From a virus: 64,000 nt of DNA. The translations under genes and the position numbers were made by a program. Positions within the stretch are counted from its first letter, which is position 1, and every line of letters starts with the position of its first letter. This document shows, piece after piece, positions 1-9,348 of this stretch. Where the stretch lies: IMG/VR virus record IMGVR_UViG_3300029118_000005; one strand, written 5' to 3'. The notes beneath the pieces are model-generated. The model was not told the origin of the DNA. It saw only the letters and a list, made by a program, of their open reading frames with translations, and did no database searches.

Positions 1-857
1 CTTGTGACTTCTTTTACGCTTTCTGTTTCACCATTTTCCGATAGCTTTTTGCCACCATAAACATCGTTTTCAGTTATTCCATACTTCTCGCTAAGGTTGG
101 GAATGTCTTTTGCGGCAAACTTTGATAGCTCAGATTCAATCTCTTGTACTGGAATTAAGCCGTTTTTGATAACATCCTGTGATGTCATCACAGCTTCCTT
201 GCGTATATCTCTTAAGCGCTCTACTACATCTCTGAACAGATCTGTTGCATTTTTTGTGGTATCAAAAGTGGTATTTATTGACTTGTTCATATCGTCTATG
301 AACGCTACAAAATCTGTACCACTATTTGTTGTGGAGAAATTCTTTCCAAGTACACTTCGCAGATCGGCAAATTCTCTATCTGTCTTTAGGTCATTTTTTA
401 CACCAATCGGGATCTTTATATTTCGAGCTTTTTTGATATAATTATCAAAGGCTTTTTCCACACCGTCTAGTTGCCTAATCTCTTTAACGTTCTGCGCGAT
501 GGTATTTTTAACGTTCTCCATCGCGCTTTCCACGTTCTCCATGGCTCTTTTCCATGTGTCCTCGGAAAAGATTGAACCCTTCTTTTCGTTAAGTTGCAAG
601 TTGTTAAGCTTAATAGATGCTTCTGCAAGTTCTCTTACAGATTTTTCAACCGCTGCAATTCCTGCCTTATTGGTTATTCCTGTCAGCTTCGTCAGTCTTT
701 GCGTTAACCCATTTACAGACGTTGAATAGTGATCAATTCCACTTTTGTTGTCGCCCAATCCAGTTAGGGATTGTTTCAATGCTTCAATATCGGATATAGC
801 CTCTTTGATATTTGTTTTAGCCTCAATCCGTATTGAATCAATATTTACCTCGCTCAT
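1..857 (-). CDS. Tail tape-measure protein, N-terminal part (CDS runs off the window start)
   Basis: ATG at 857 with GGAGG upstream. The reverse frame stays open to position 1, so it is absent from the ORF track. It begins MSEVNIDSIRIEAKTNIKEAISDIEALKQ and lies directly after the tail chaperone pair. Confidence 0.7.
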   Translation of the reverse strand, partial: MSEVNIDSIRIEAKTNIKEAISDIEALKQSLTGLGDNKSGIDHYSTSVNGLTQRLTKLTGITNKAGIAAVEKSVRELAEASIKLNNLQLNEKKGSIFSEDTWKRAMENVESAMENVKNTIAQNVKEIRQLDGVEKAFDNYIKKARNIKIPIGVKNDLKTDREFADLRSVLGKNFSTTNSGTDFVAFIDDMNKSINTTFDTTKNATDLFRDVVERLRDIRKEAVMTSQDVIKNGLIPVQEIESELSKFAAKDIPNLSEKYGITENDVYGGKKLSENGETESVKEVT

Positions 858-871
858 TTTATCCCTCCTCC

Positions 872-1240
872 CTAGATTGGACTCTCTGGCAATCCTTGCT
901 TTTCAAGTTGCCTGATTCTTTGTCTCATTTCGTACACTGCGATTTCTTCGTTAGATTCCACATTACCGTTTTCACTTTTCTTTGCCTCCTGTTGCAAGAA
1001 AGGCATATCTGGATATTCAAACGGTGGCGTATGCTTCCCTTTAAACCACTGACTATTGCCCAGCGTTGACAAAATAGACATTCTCACGTACTTTCCTAGC
1101 ATGTGGTTTTGTATGTCGACTTGCTGTTGATGCAGCTTGTAAGCAAGCTCATATGGTTTTAACTCACACGGGCACATATTGCCTATTTGTTCAGTGGTGA
1201 AGCCATATTGTTGCGTAACGCACAGAAAATATGGAAGCAA
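872..1240 (-). CDS. Tail assembly chaperone, -1 frameshift extension (gpT-like part of a G-T fusion)
   Basis: The frame is -1 relative to 1270..1683. It stays open upstream of the listed TTG back through the slippery site at 1330-1336. Confidence 0.6.
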   Translation of the reverse strand: MLPYFLCVTQQYGFTTEQIGNMCPCELKPYELAYKLHQQQVDIQNHMLGKYVRMSILSTLGNSQWFKGKHTPPFEYPDMPFLQQEAKKSENGNVESNEEIAVYEMRQRIRQLEKQGLPESPI

Positions 1241-1269
1241 CTTTTCATCGTAATAGTCAATTGGATCTA

Positions 1270-1683
1270 TTACTCTGTTTTTTGCTCTTTCGCTTCTTTC
1301 TCCGCTTTCATCTGCAGAACTTCTTTCTTGAAAAAACCATTCTGCATCACCTCTTTTATCAGTTCTTCAAAAAGCTCCCTAATACTTGAATCTTCCTGAT
1401 CGGTATACTCATCAATCAATTCGCATACCTTTGCTGTTGCCTCTTCCTTGCCTTTATTTGTGTTGTAATCGTATCCAAACTCGTCCTTATGTCTTTTTTG
1501 CAGCCCTACCAGTAAAAACTCCGGAAGCATATTAAGTATCATTTCAATCTCATCAACAAAATCATCACTGGACTGTTGAGCTTCATCATCACTGGACTGT
1601 TGAATTTCTTTAATCTTTTTTAAAATTCCGCTCTTTGTAGTTGCTTCGATTCCAAACTTAATTTCATAATTCATAAATTTCAT
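1270..1683 (-). CDS. Tail assembly chaperone (gpG-like)
   Basis: 137-aa acidic protein between the major tail protein and tape measure genes. It contains the slippery heptamer near its 3' end. Confidence 0.65.
   Translation of the reverse strand: MKFMNYEIKFGIEATTKSGILKKIKEIQQSSDDEAQQSSDDFVDEIEMILNMLPEFLLVGLQKRHKDEFGYDYNTNKGKEEATAKVCELIDEYTDQEDSSIRELFEELIKEVMQNGFFKKEVLQMKAEKEAKEQKTE
1330..1336 (-). promoter_or_regulatory. Programmed -1 ribosomal frameshift slippery heptamer (U UUU UUC)
   Basis: The reverse-strand zero frame reads GGT TTT TTC. The -1 frame is open from here to the stop at 872. Confidence 0.6.
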
Positions 1684-1701
1684 AATTCATTCTCCTTTAA
1701 A

Positions 1702-1728
1702 CAAAAAACGGGAAGCTCACGCTTCCCG
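1702..1728 (-). terminator. Rho-independent terminator after the major tail gene
   Basis: Reverse strand reads CGGGAAGC-GTGA-GCTTCCCG followed by TTTTTTGT. Confidence 0.7.
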
Positions 1729-1738
1729 AATATAGTTG

Positions 1739-2242
1739 TTACATTTCTTTCTTTGCCAGTGTAATTGATGTTGGATAACCATTCTCATCTTCTGTTACAG
1801 ATACGGTATAACTATCCTCAATCCATCTTGGATTGGTTACTGTAGCAATTGTTACTGTTCCTGTAAGATGATCTTCTGTCGCTTCATCTGGTGCAAAAGA
1901 CTCTGTTCCTATAAACGCTGCAATTCCTTCTGAGCCTTTTCCATCTGTTCCGTAGAGAATACAGATATCTAATTGCTTTCCCTCATTTTTAACAAGTTCG
2001 TCCTTATATTTTTTTTCAAAAGCACCTGGTACTTCCATTGACGCAGCTGCTCTTCTTCCCTGCTCCTGAGTCTCCATCAAGTCTTCCAAGGTTGATGTAT
2101 CAACCATGTTAACACTGCCAATAGGTGATGGAATTGACTTTGCCCTAATCAAGAGCTTATATTCACCTGCCCAGTAATCGGCTGCGCTATCTTCCTTTGT
2201 TTTCTCTCTGTAAATAATCCTACTTTTTAAGCCTGTTGCCAT
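1739..2242 (-). CDS. Major tail protein
   Basis: 167 aa, located immediately upstream of the chaperone pair. Followed by a strong terminator, and GGAGG RBS present. Confidence 0.7.
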   Translation of the reverse strand: MATGLKSRIIYREKTKEDSAADYWAGEYKLLIRAKSIPSPIGSVNMVDTSTLEDLMETQEQGRRAAASMEVPGAFEKKYKDELVKNEGKQLDICILYGTDGKGSEGIAAFIGTESFAPDEATEDHLTGTVTIATVTNPRWIEDSYTVSVTEDENGYPTSITLAKKEM

Positions 2243-2258
2243 TTTGTATTCCTCCTAC

Positions 2259-2287
2259 TAAAAAAGCCCCATCTTGCCGATGGAGCT
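2259..2287 (-). terminator. Putative terminator or attenuator hairpin
   Basis: Reverse strand reads AGCTCCATC-GGCAA-GATGGGGCT followed by TTTTTT. It overlaps the stop codon of 2287..2700. Confidence 0.5.
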
Positions 2288-2700
2288 TAAAAAATATCAT
2301 TCCAATCAAATGTTCTTTCAAAACGTGCTACATAACGATATATTGGTGATTGATTGTCTGCGTATGGTGACATCTTTACATCGAACATAAGCTTTTTTAG
2401 ACAGTCCATAATTTCTGCCATTATAGTTCTACAGTCTAGCTGTGATGTGTTGCTATACACTTCAATTTGGAATCCTGCCACTATAGTATTGATTCTTGTG
2501 CGTTCCAGATCGGAGTTTGCTTCGCTTCCACCCAACTCATGGACGTACACGCAGGGAAAATTACGCTGCGAATCATTGCTTATATTTGAGGTGGTGTACA
2601 TTATTTGTGGATATCTTTTCTTTAGCTTGTTGTATGTCTTGCCTTTCACAAGGGATAATACCTTGCTCTCAAGGTCGATGACCCATTGATTCTGAGCCAC
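2287..2700 (-). CDS. Tail completion / tail terminator-like protein (position-based)
   Basis: 137 aa, last gene before the major tail protein. Start overlaps the stop of the upstream gene. Confidence 0.4.
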   Translation of the reverse strand: MAQNQWVIDLESKVLSLVKGKTYNKLKKRYPQIMYTTSNISNDSQRNFPCVYVHELGGSEANSDLERTRINTIVAGFQIEVYSNTSQLDCRTIMAEIMDCLKKLMFDVKMSPYADNQSPIYRYVARFERTFDWNDIF

Positions 2701-3206
2701 TATCCAAACACCTCCCTTGCAATTCTTTCAATATCATGTCTCATTTGTGTTGAGGCATGATACATGAATGGTCTTGATGGCATACCTTCTGTGAAGTACC
2801 ACTTTCCATCTCCGCCCAGATAATACCAGCCATATCTACCGTCTGCCGTTTTTCTAATTGTTTTTCCTTGCGCATAAATAGCCGGGAGCTTGCCCGGATA
2901 TGGAGTAGTAGCGCCTATAATTCCTGTTCCCATTTCTACATAGATAGCATGTTCTGAATCAGCTTCTACCGCAAAGATAACTCGCTCTGCGTTGCTCTCT
3001 ATCTCGGTTGAGTGAATGCTATTTACAAGTTCACCAGTAAATACTGCATCCATCGTCAAGACTTCTTCTGTTGCTTTTTTAACTCCGTAATCAGTAAGCT
3101 TCTTCATGAAAAGCTCTACTCGCGTTTGGAACGTTTTCTGGTAACGTTCCAACATCCTTATGGCTTCATCTACTCCGCTCACCTTTATTTCCAAAGCCTT
3201 TGCCAT
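2700..3206 (-). CDS. HK97 gp10-like head-tail component
   Basis: N-terminus MAKALEIKVSGVDEAIRMLERYQK... and length are typical of the HK97 gp10 family. Translationally coupled on both sides. Confidence 0.55.
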   Translation of the reverse strand: MAKALEIKVSGVDEAIRMLERYQKTFQTRVELFMKKLTDYGVKKATEEVLTMDAVFTGELVNSIHSTEIESNAERVIFAVEADSEHAIYVEMGTGIIGATTPYPGKLPAIYAQGKTIRKTADGRYGWYYLGGDGKWYFTEGMPSRPFMYHASTQMRHDIERIAREVFG

Positions 3207-3715
3207 TAGTTTTTTTCCACGCTTTGCTGCAACACCTGCAGATAGTAAGACGTTTCATTCAGTGCTTCATTCATGATTCCACTCACTTGATAGTCAGCAG
3301 AATTTTCATCTGGTGATCCGTTTGGTTTCGTTTTAATTTCTGAATGCAGCCAAATTCTTGCTCCAAACGGCAAGTTAAGTTCGTTTCCGCCAGAGTCTTT
3401 TGCATGTTTAGCTAAGATGAGCGTAGCATAATTGTTTGTGCTGTCGCTTCCCCATGCTCGCATGATAGCGTTTTTTAGCTGTGATGTGATTGTTCCCCAA
3501 AACTTCACAGGATTGCTATAAAGCACTTCCATTTCACCGCTTTCTTTCGGGATTTTTTTGCCTTCATCATCGGTATAAAAATATACCTCCCCATCAGCTC
3601 CAACGTAACTCTCGTACTGAATGTCACCATTTTCGTCTCTCAGATATCCAGGCACTTTTCCGACTTGGTACGAATACCACATCTGTTGGCGATTTCTTCT
3701 ACTTGTCCGCGCCAT
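3206..3715 (-). CDS. Head-tail joining (head-closure-like) protein, position-based
   Basis: 169-aa ORF within the connector gene block. Confidence 0.35.
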   Translation of the reverse strand: MARTSRRNRQQMWYSYQVGKVPGYLRDENGDIQYESYVGADGEVYFYTDDEGKKIPKESGEMEVLYSNPVKFWGTITSQLKNAIMRAWGSDSTNNYATLILAKHAKDSGGNELNLPFGARIWLHSEIKTKPNGSPDENSADYQVSGIMNEALNETSYYLQVLQQSVEKN

Positions 3716-3974
3716 CTTTTAACTGCTTGTATACCTGATTGACGCCAGTGCTAGACAAACCTGATACAATGCCGACAGCAATCGCATTCAGAATATCCTG
3801 CGCTGGGAAGTCTGGTATGACATACATTCCTAAGACTCCCAGAATGCCGCCAAAAGCACCCACAATGACCGGAATGTAATTATCCTTGACTGCTGGAATT
3901 GTCTTGGCTGCAAGCCCAATTAAATAGCAGATAACTACAATTGCAATCACGGTAGTCATGCTCGATATATCCAT
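3699..3974 (-). CDS. Holin-like small membrane protein (3 predicted TM helices, charged C-terminus)
   Basis: Likely start is ATG 3974 (MDISSMTTVIAIVVICYLIGLAAK...) with GGAGG upstream. Hydrophobic segments are followed by KQLKDGADK. Resembles clostridial phage holin families. Confidence 0.5.
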   Translation of the reverse strand: MDISSMTTVIAIVVICYLIGLAAKTIPAVKDNYIPVIVGAFGGILGVLGMYVIPDFPAQDILNAIAVGIVSGLSSTGVNQVYKQLKDGADK

Positions 3975-3975
3975 T

Positions 3976-4281
3976 TTATTTACCTCCTCCACTCTTGATG
4001 TGTAACTCTTTGATCTCTTCATACATCTTTTTAACCATACCGTTTCCGTTTAAATCACGGTAGGCTTCATACATTTCTTCGAAGTTCTGATAATCATCGG
4101 ACGGTATCTCCCCCAGCTGTATGTATTCTGCGTAATACTTGATCAGCTGCACACGCAATAACAGCATGGTTCCTCTCTCATTTGCGTTCTTGCCTTTCTT
4201 CTGTTGCTGCAGAAGCCAAACAATGTATCCTAAAGCAATCGGAAGGATGATTGTGTATGTTTGTAATAAAAATTCTTGCAT
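3976..4281 (-). CDS. N-terminally membrane-anchored protein, unknown function
   Basis: TM segment TYTIILPIALGYIVWLL followed by a basic stretch. AGGAG RBS present. Lies directly upstream of the holin-like gene. Confidence 0.45.
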   Translation of the reverse strand: MQEFLLQTYTIILPIALGYIVWLLQQQKKGKNANERGTMLLLRVQLIKYYAEYIQLGEIPSDDYQNFEEMYEAYRDLNGNGMVKKMYEEIKELHIKSGGGK

Positions 4282-4386
4282 TTTTTATATCTCCTGCTTG
4301 TATTTTGCATATTGCCCACCGCCGCTTTAATATGCACCCTGCCAGCGTATTCGCAAACATTGCAAACACACTGGCGAACATCCTTC

Positions 4387-4731
4387 TTAGATTGTTGCTA
4401 ACGGTATTATTCCAGCAAATAAAGTGTTCCTATCCACCATTGTTCGCTGAATTGAATCCTCACTGTGCTGACTCTCGCCCTCAAAGCCAATCGAGTTATA
4501 ATCGTACAAAGCCAAATTGCGAATCTGGCTATAGTACCTGTCTAAATCTTGTGCAATCATTCCGTCCGTATATCCAAGTGGATATCTTCTTTTGTCTCGG
4601 ACCTCTCTAATTGCACTTTTGATTTTTTGCTTGAGTAACGGTTCCGAAAAGCTGCCGCCTTCTTCATCATTTGAAAGTTCAACTTGCAAATCAAAAAAAA
4701 GCTCGTCTGCAAGGTTGTCTGTATAACTCAT
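4387..4731 (-). CDS. Head-tail connector protein (gp6-like)
   Basis: 114 aa; the sequence ...LLKQKIKSAIREVRDKRRYP...YYSQIRNLALYDYN resembles the gp6-like connector family. Positioned after the capsid gene. Confidence 0.5.
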   Translation of the reverse strand: MSYTDNLADELFFDLQVELSNDEEGGSFSEPLLKQKIKSAIREVRDKRRYPLGYTDGMIAQDLDRYYSQIRNLALYDYNSIGFEGESQHSEDSIQRTMVDRNTLFAGIIPLATI

Positions 4732-4746
4732 ACTTTCTCACCTCCA

Positions 4747-4929
4747 TCAAACAGCTTTTGGTTTCTTGCCTCTTCGCTTTGGTTCATCATCAACTTGCAA
4801 CTCTGGAATTTCGATTTTCTCTTCCATCGGGACATCAATCTCTGGGGCATCGTTTTTCTCTTCCATCGGGACGTCTTCACCAGCTGCATAGTAGATTCCG
4901 TTAAGCTTGATCATGTGATCAAATTTCAT
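4747..4929 (-). CDS. Small acidic protein with repeated VPMEEK motif
   Basis: 60-aa ORF. Its start is coupled to the capsid gene stop (4929). Confidence 0.4.
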   Translation of the reverse strand: MKFDHMIKLNGIYYAAGEDVPMEEKNDAPEIDVPMEEKIEIPELQVDDEPKRRGKKPKAV

Positions 4930-6014
4930 TACTTGACGTCAATTACAAATGTGCTGTCGATGCCCTCATATGATGGAAGCACAATCTGTGATACGCTGGT
5001 TGTAGTCTTAATAGGTGGTCCCTGCTCGGTTTTGGTCGCAATTGCAATGCGGTTGTCAAGCATGGCAACATCCACATTTTTATTTGACATCAATGTACGC
5101 TCTTCTGGTGTTACACCATAATATGTTGATCCCAGTGTTCCTGCGCCGATTATGGTTACTTTGTTGTCCGGGTAGAACTTTTGAGTCTCTCCCTTGTAGT
5201 CAATGTACATCTTGTCATAAATGATAGGCGTCAGACCTGTCTTTCGCGTGAAGATCTCCTTAACAGTTGCTTCATCGGTAAAATCAACCGCCTTGCCAGA
5301 AGAAGTGATTAAAGCGTTCTTAATCTGCTCGTTTTCAACGAGATAGTCAAAGGTAGTGCTGTTCATTAGCGCGTAGCGTGGAAGCACTCCGATTGACCTT
5401 AAATATTTAGTACCCTGCTGAACGTCTTTTAACGGCTTCGCTGTGTCAGGATGGTCCCAAGTATCAGTGCCTTCAACTTTTAAATAGTGCTTTTGCTTAT
5501 ACGTTCCATCGCTATCGTAATCGTAGCCATGAACCATATTGTCACTCTCTGATTCCCCGGTTCCTATTGCAATAGATGGTTTTCCATCCTTTGGCGCAAG
5601 TAGTGCCATTCGCATTACTTCGGCAGCGATTTCTGCACCGTCAATAAGCCTTGCAGCATCATTGTAAATTGATGATACAATGTCTCCAATGAATGGGCTA
5701 TTAGCGTCTTCGATCTCCATGAGTCGCATTAAATCTTCCTCTCGTACGGTCATGCTCTCACGGAAAAAGATCATCTCTGTAGACTCCTGCTTAAATCCCT
5801 CACGGACTCTGATCATCGGAATTGCATCAAAATTGCTTGGCTTTAAGATGGCATTCAAGCCTTTGTGTGTCTTAATCCATTTTAACGACAAGCCCAGCTT
5901 CTTTCTGTTTGGGAAAAAAGCCTTTCCGACAAAGCCCATGGCATTACTTGGATCTTGTGTACGTCTTGCGGCAACTGCCTGTGAATCATAAATATCTGTA
6001 ATTAAAACTGCCAT
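4929..6014 (-). CDS. Major capsid protein (lambda gpE-like family)
   Basis: 361 aa. Preceded by decoration-like and scaffold genes. N-terminal region resembles E-family capsid proteins. Confidence 0.75.
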   Translation of the reverse strand: MAVLITDIYDSQAVAARRTQDPSNAMGFVGKAFFPNRKKLGLSLKWIKTHKGLNAILKPSNFDAIPMIRVREGFKQESTEMIFFRESMTVREEDLMRLMEIEDANSPFIGDIVSSIYNDAARLIDGAEIAAEVMRMALLAPKDGKPSIAIGTGESESDNMVHGYDYDSDGTYKQKHYLKVEGTDTWDHPDTAKPLKDVQQGTKYLRSIGVLPRYALMNSTTFDYLVENEQIKNALITSSGKAVDFTDEATVKEIFTRKTGLTPIIYDKMYIDYKGETQKFYPDNKVTIIGAGTLGSTYYGVTPEERTLMSNKNVDVAMLDNRIAIATKTEQGPPIKTTTSVSQIVLPSYEGIDSTFVIDVK

Positions 6015-6026
6015 TGTTCCTCCTTT

Positions 6027-6392
6027 TTACTCAACCACGATCATAGGCAGGATCTTAGTTAAGTCTGCATCATAAGTGATTCCTGCATTCTGTTCTGCTC
6101 TTGACTTGTTAATGTATGCCTTTTTGAGAATCGTTCCTTGTGGTCGATGCTCATACACATCAAAAAGTAAGATTCCAGCTCCGCCTGTCCATGGTGTTGC
6201 TGCAACTACTGTTCCTGTTCCGCTAATTACGCTTCCTGCTTTTACAACCTTCTCTCCGGTATCACTATCAGTAGTGCTGACATCTGTAAAATCAATAGTC
6301 ATTGGCACTCCTTCGAACACCTCTCTGTTTAAGATCTCTGCACCGGATGGACGTATCTCGGTTGTTGCATATCTCATGTCTCCTCTTGCCAT
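6027..6392 (-). CDS. Head decoration-like protein (gpD-like position)
   Basis: 121 aa, located between the scaffold and capsid genes. Contains a ...GGAGILLFDV... segment reminiscent of gpD-type decorators. Confidence 0.4.
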   Translation of the reverse strand: MARGDMRYATTEIRPSGAEILNREVFEGVPMTIDFTDVSTTDSDTGEKVVKAGSVISGTGTVVAATPWTGGAGILLFDVYEHRPQGTILKKAYINKSRAEQNAGITYDADLTKILPMIVVE

Positions 6393-6408
6393 TTCTTACT
6401 TCCTTTCT

Positions 6409-7050
6409 TTACATGTATTGCTTCAAAACACTTTCATCGACCTCTGTTGAATACGTTGGTAGTGATTTCATAAGTTCAACAGCCTTGCTCTCGTGACTGT
6501 CTCCGTGGCCGGCATTGACTTCGCCGCGCTCTGCCAAAAACTCCTGCATCATCTTTGATTTGAGCGTTTTCATGTGCTGCCTCAAGATTTCGTTTTCCTT
6601 ATCTCCATCTCCGTCAGCTCTTGCTTCGGCGTACTGTTGTGCTACTTCCTTGGACATTTCCAAAGTGTCCATGTATGTATTGGTAGATTTCATAATCGTC
6701 AGCTCGCGCTGCATTGCCTTGAACTGCTTGTCTCTCTCGGCTTCTGCTTCTTTCTTTGCTTCCGCTTCCTTCTCTTGAGCAGTCATCTTTTCTCTGAGCT
6801 GCTTTGTCTTAGCTGCATTCTCGGATGCCAATGCATCAGCTTTGTTTGTGAGCTTCGCGATCTGCGCGTTTGCCTGTGCAAGCTGCACTCTTAATACATC
6901 AGCATCAGTTTCCGGTTCGTGATCATCACCTGATCCCTTTGGCTCTTCACGAGTTTCAACCTCCGGTGTCGGCTCTGCAAAAAGCTGCAGGTTTAATTTT
7001 CTCTTGGTGGCATTGCGTTCAAATGTTTTAAAAATCGGCTGAGTCTTCAT
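6409..7050 (-). CDS. Capsid scaffolding protein
   Basis: 213 aa, highly charged and coiled-coil-like (AEAKKEAEAERDKQ). Lies upstream of the capsid genes. Confidence 0.65.
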   Translation of the reverse strand: MKTQPIFKTFERNATKRKLNLQLFAEPTPEVETREEPKGSGDDHEPETDADVLRVQLAQANAQIAKLTNKADALASENAAKTKQLREKMTAQEKEAEAKKEAEAERDKQFKAMQRELTIMKSTNTYMDTLEMSKEVAQQYAEARADGDGDKENEILRQHMKTLKSKMMQEFLAERGEVNAGHGDSHESKAVELMKSLPTYSTEVDESVLKQYM

Positions 7051-7172
7051 AGATTCATTCCTTTCTGCGTTTGTGCGGTTCTCTCCGCTTTGATTTGTGC
7101 GATTATTAAGCTCTTCTCTGAGCTGTTTTGCTCCTTAAAGTCCGTCTCCGACTTGTTTGCCCTAATTTTGTG

Positions 7173-7209
7173 CAAACAAAAAGCCCTTCAAACCTTCGTT
7201 TAAAGAGCC
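7173..7209 (-). terminator. Putative terminator after the head morphogenesis gene
   Basis: Reverse strand reads GGCTCTTTAAAC-GAAG-GTTTGAAGGGC followed by TTTTTG. Confidence 0.5.
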
Positions 7210-7224
7210 TATTCTTTGCATAAA

Positions 7225-7848
7225 TTAAGAGTACGTCACCCAGCAGCGACAATTGATCACTTCCTCCGGGTTAGTAAAAGCAACTGCCATATCGTGCGGA
7301 TACCGCATAAGTGCTTTGCCAACTAAAAAGTAGTTGTTTATTGGTATAGTCGTTTGATCTTCCTTGTGGTGTGTTTCACGTTCTTTTCCGTCTATAATTG
7401 TGTTCCATGTTTTGTATGTTTTATTTCTGGTTGCCTCTTTGAAGTCTTTGTGGTTTAAAAAATCAAGGGCTGTGTTTTCACTGACCAGACGTATTCGGTC
7501 TTCTGAGACATAATATTTTTCGTTCACGTGATCCGCCGTTACCTGTGCTGTGGATAAACAAAAATCTGATATATAAGCCTTTGTCTCGCTGTCAAGGTCA
7601 ATATATCGTGCAATCCATTTCAGCAATTTTGTTTCAAATTGTTCTGCTGCTTTCTTGACATCAACTCTACCTGTCTCTTTCATAATCAGGATGAGTAAAA
7701 TTAAAAAACGCATATCATCTTCAATTTTGTCTGAAAATTCAATGCGTTCCTGTTTTTGCTTTTTTGTGATTCCCATTTCACCAAAAAATCTATTGTATGG
7801 CATGGACCGTATCTTTTCAATTTCGTCAAATCCAAATATCTGTGCCAT
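7225..7848 (-). CDS. Head morphogenesis protein (SPP1 gp7 / Mu F-like)
   Basis: The C-terminal motif ...WNTIIDGKERETH...EVINCRCW matches the Mu F family signature. Directly follows portal. Confidence 0.75.
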   Translation of the reverse strand: MAQIFGFDEIEKIRSMPYNRFFGEMGITKKQKQERIEFSDKIEDDMRFLILLILIMKETGRVDVKKAAEQFETKLLKWIARYIDLDSETKAYISDFCLSTAQVTADHVNEKYYVSEDRIRLVSENTALDFLNHKDFKEATRNKTYKTWNTIIDGKERETHHKEDQTTIPINNYFLVGKALMRYPHDMAVAFTNPEEVINCRCWVTYS

Positions 7849-7857
7849 ATCATCACC

Positions 7858-9348
7858 TTATACTTTCCCAGTTATAGGGCTTGTTTCCAACTGATCTATT
7901 TGTCTATCAGTTGGTTCACTGTCTTCCGTTGCTGTGGTTCCGCTTGATGCAGCAGCCCTTTGTACTGCTTCTATCATTTCCTTGCTGTCGTTCCATGTAG
8001 CCTCGGTGTCTTCAAAACCGTCAATAAATTTAAGTGCATGTCTGCCATGTACACCAGTCTTAATAAGGGTTGATAAAGCATTTGCTTTAACAGACATGTC
8101 ATAGTTCTTTCTTCTTGAGAAGTGGAAATTGATATCTCCAACATGTACTCTTTTGATTGGGTCATCGTCTTTAAGCACATTTGATGGAGTTAATTGGAGT
8201 ACTTTTATGATAAGTTTAAGCTCCTCTCTCTGTGCCTTGCTCACAATCTGTTCCTCGCGCACAGCGTCAATCTCAGCTGCACTCCATCCGCTAGACATAT
8301 CCATTGCTGTTCCTGTGGAACCACCGCCTTCTGAATCTTGTTGTGTAGGTACTTTACATTTTTGTAAAATTCTTCGCCAGCGTGTATCTATCGCTGTTAA
8401 TGTTGCGTTTGTATCGAATGCATTAGATAGTGCCTTGATTTGTGGTGTCTTTCCATCTGGTGTTGTGCTAGTAAGCACCCATTGCCCCGACTTCACTTCT
8501 ATAGGTTTTTTAGTTTTGGGGTCAACTGGGAAATCAACATCATTGCCCCACCATATCTCCTGAGTTTGCTGCGCTGTAAGGTTTGCAAAATCAGAGACTA
8601 GCGTGTTAAGTTCGATACAATCTGATATTTGTCTCTCAAAGCAGCCCGTTCTGTCAACGGATCTCTCGTATTCGACTATCGCTATTTTTTTGAGTGGATT
8701 TAATGATTTTTTAACAATTTTGCCTTTTGAGACTTCAAAGCGCATCTTAGGAGTAAAACACGTAAAATATTGTTCACCATTGTCCGTTCTGTATGTTACT
8801 CCCATTAGCTTCTTTTGTTTGGCATCATTGCTATATACACAAAAAGCATATCTTGGGTCTAGCGTATATATATCCACAAGTGCTTCGTCATCTTCTTCAA
8901 AATCGGTTTTAACGTCAACAAGTCGGTATCCTACACCTACTTTTTCAACAAAATTGCCAAGCTCCTGATTCTTGTAACCTATGTCGCAAGCATTTGTAAG
9001 CATTTCGTTAAGTGCAGATATTCCTTCGTCGTCTAAGTCTGCTGATGTTTTGTGAGCGTCTTTGTCAGATCTCTGTATCAGCATTGCTGGCGTTCCCCAA
9101 AAGTACGCCATTTTGAAATCAGTAATGTAGTTTGCGGCATTATCAGTTACTTTAATATTGATCTCAGGGCGAACAATTTTGGGTCTGTCCAGCGGTTGAT
9201 CGCCGGCTTCAAAATCTATAAGATATTGCATCTCTAACCGATTAAATTTATGCTTCTCATATGCTTTTGACAATTCTTTGATTATGTTGTCGGCAGTGAT
9301 TTCTTTTGCGTCCGTATATATCTTTTGACGTCCCTTTAGCATCCACAT
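7858..9348 (-). CDS. Portal protein (SPP1 gp6-like)
   Basis: 496 aa. Position upstream of the Mu-F-like gene and N-terminal similarity to SPP1-type portals. Confidence 0.85.
   Translation of the reverse strand: MWMLKGRQKIYTDAKEITADNIIKELSKAYEKHKFNRLEMQYLIDFEAGDQPLDRPKIVRPEINIKVTDNAANYITDFKMAYFWGTPAMLIQRSDKDAHKTSADLDDEGISALNEMLTNACDIGYKNQELGNFVEKVGVGYRLVDVKTDFEEDDEALVDIYTLDPRYAFCVYSNDAKQKKLMGVTYRTDNGEQYFTCFTPKMRFEVSKGKIVKKSLNPLKKIAIVEYERSVDRTGCFERQISDCIELNTLVSDFANLTAQQTQEIWWGNDVDFPVDPKTKKPIEVKSGQWVLTSTTPDGKTPQIKALSNAFDTNATLTAIDTRWRRILQKCKVPTQQDSEGGGSTGTAMDMSSGWSAAEIDAVREEQIVSKAQREELKLIIKVLQLTPSNVLKDDDPIKRVHVGDINFHFSRRKNYDMSVKANALSTLIKTGVHGRHALKFIDGFEDTEATWNDSKEMIEAVQRAAASSGTTATEDSEPTDRQIDQLETSPITGKV

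Noticed and set aside
97-799. Plus-strand ORFs 97..441, 499..729, 617..799 and many similar 60-150-aa ORFs antisense to long minus-strand genes throughout the window
   Set aside because: These are shadow ORFs within clearly coding minus-strand genes (tape measure, capsid, portal, TerL and others). They have low-complexity or hydrophobic translations and no RBS.
4178-4381. 67-aa minus-strand ORF filling the 105-nt gap between the connector gene and 3976..4281 (hydrophobic N-terminus)
   Set aside because: The purine-rich stretch abuts the ATG with no spacing, and two thirds of the ORF overlaps the next well-supported gene out of frame. A short (about 33 aa) peptide cannot be excluded.
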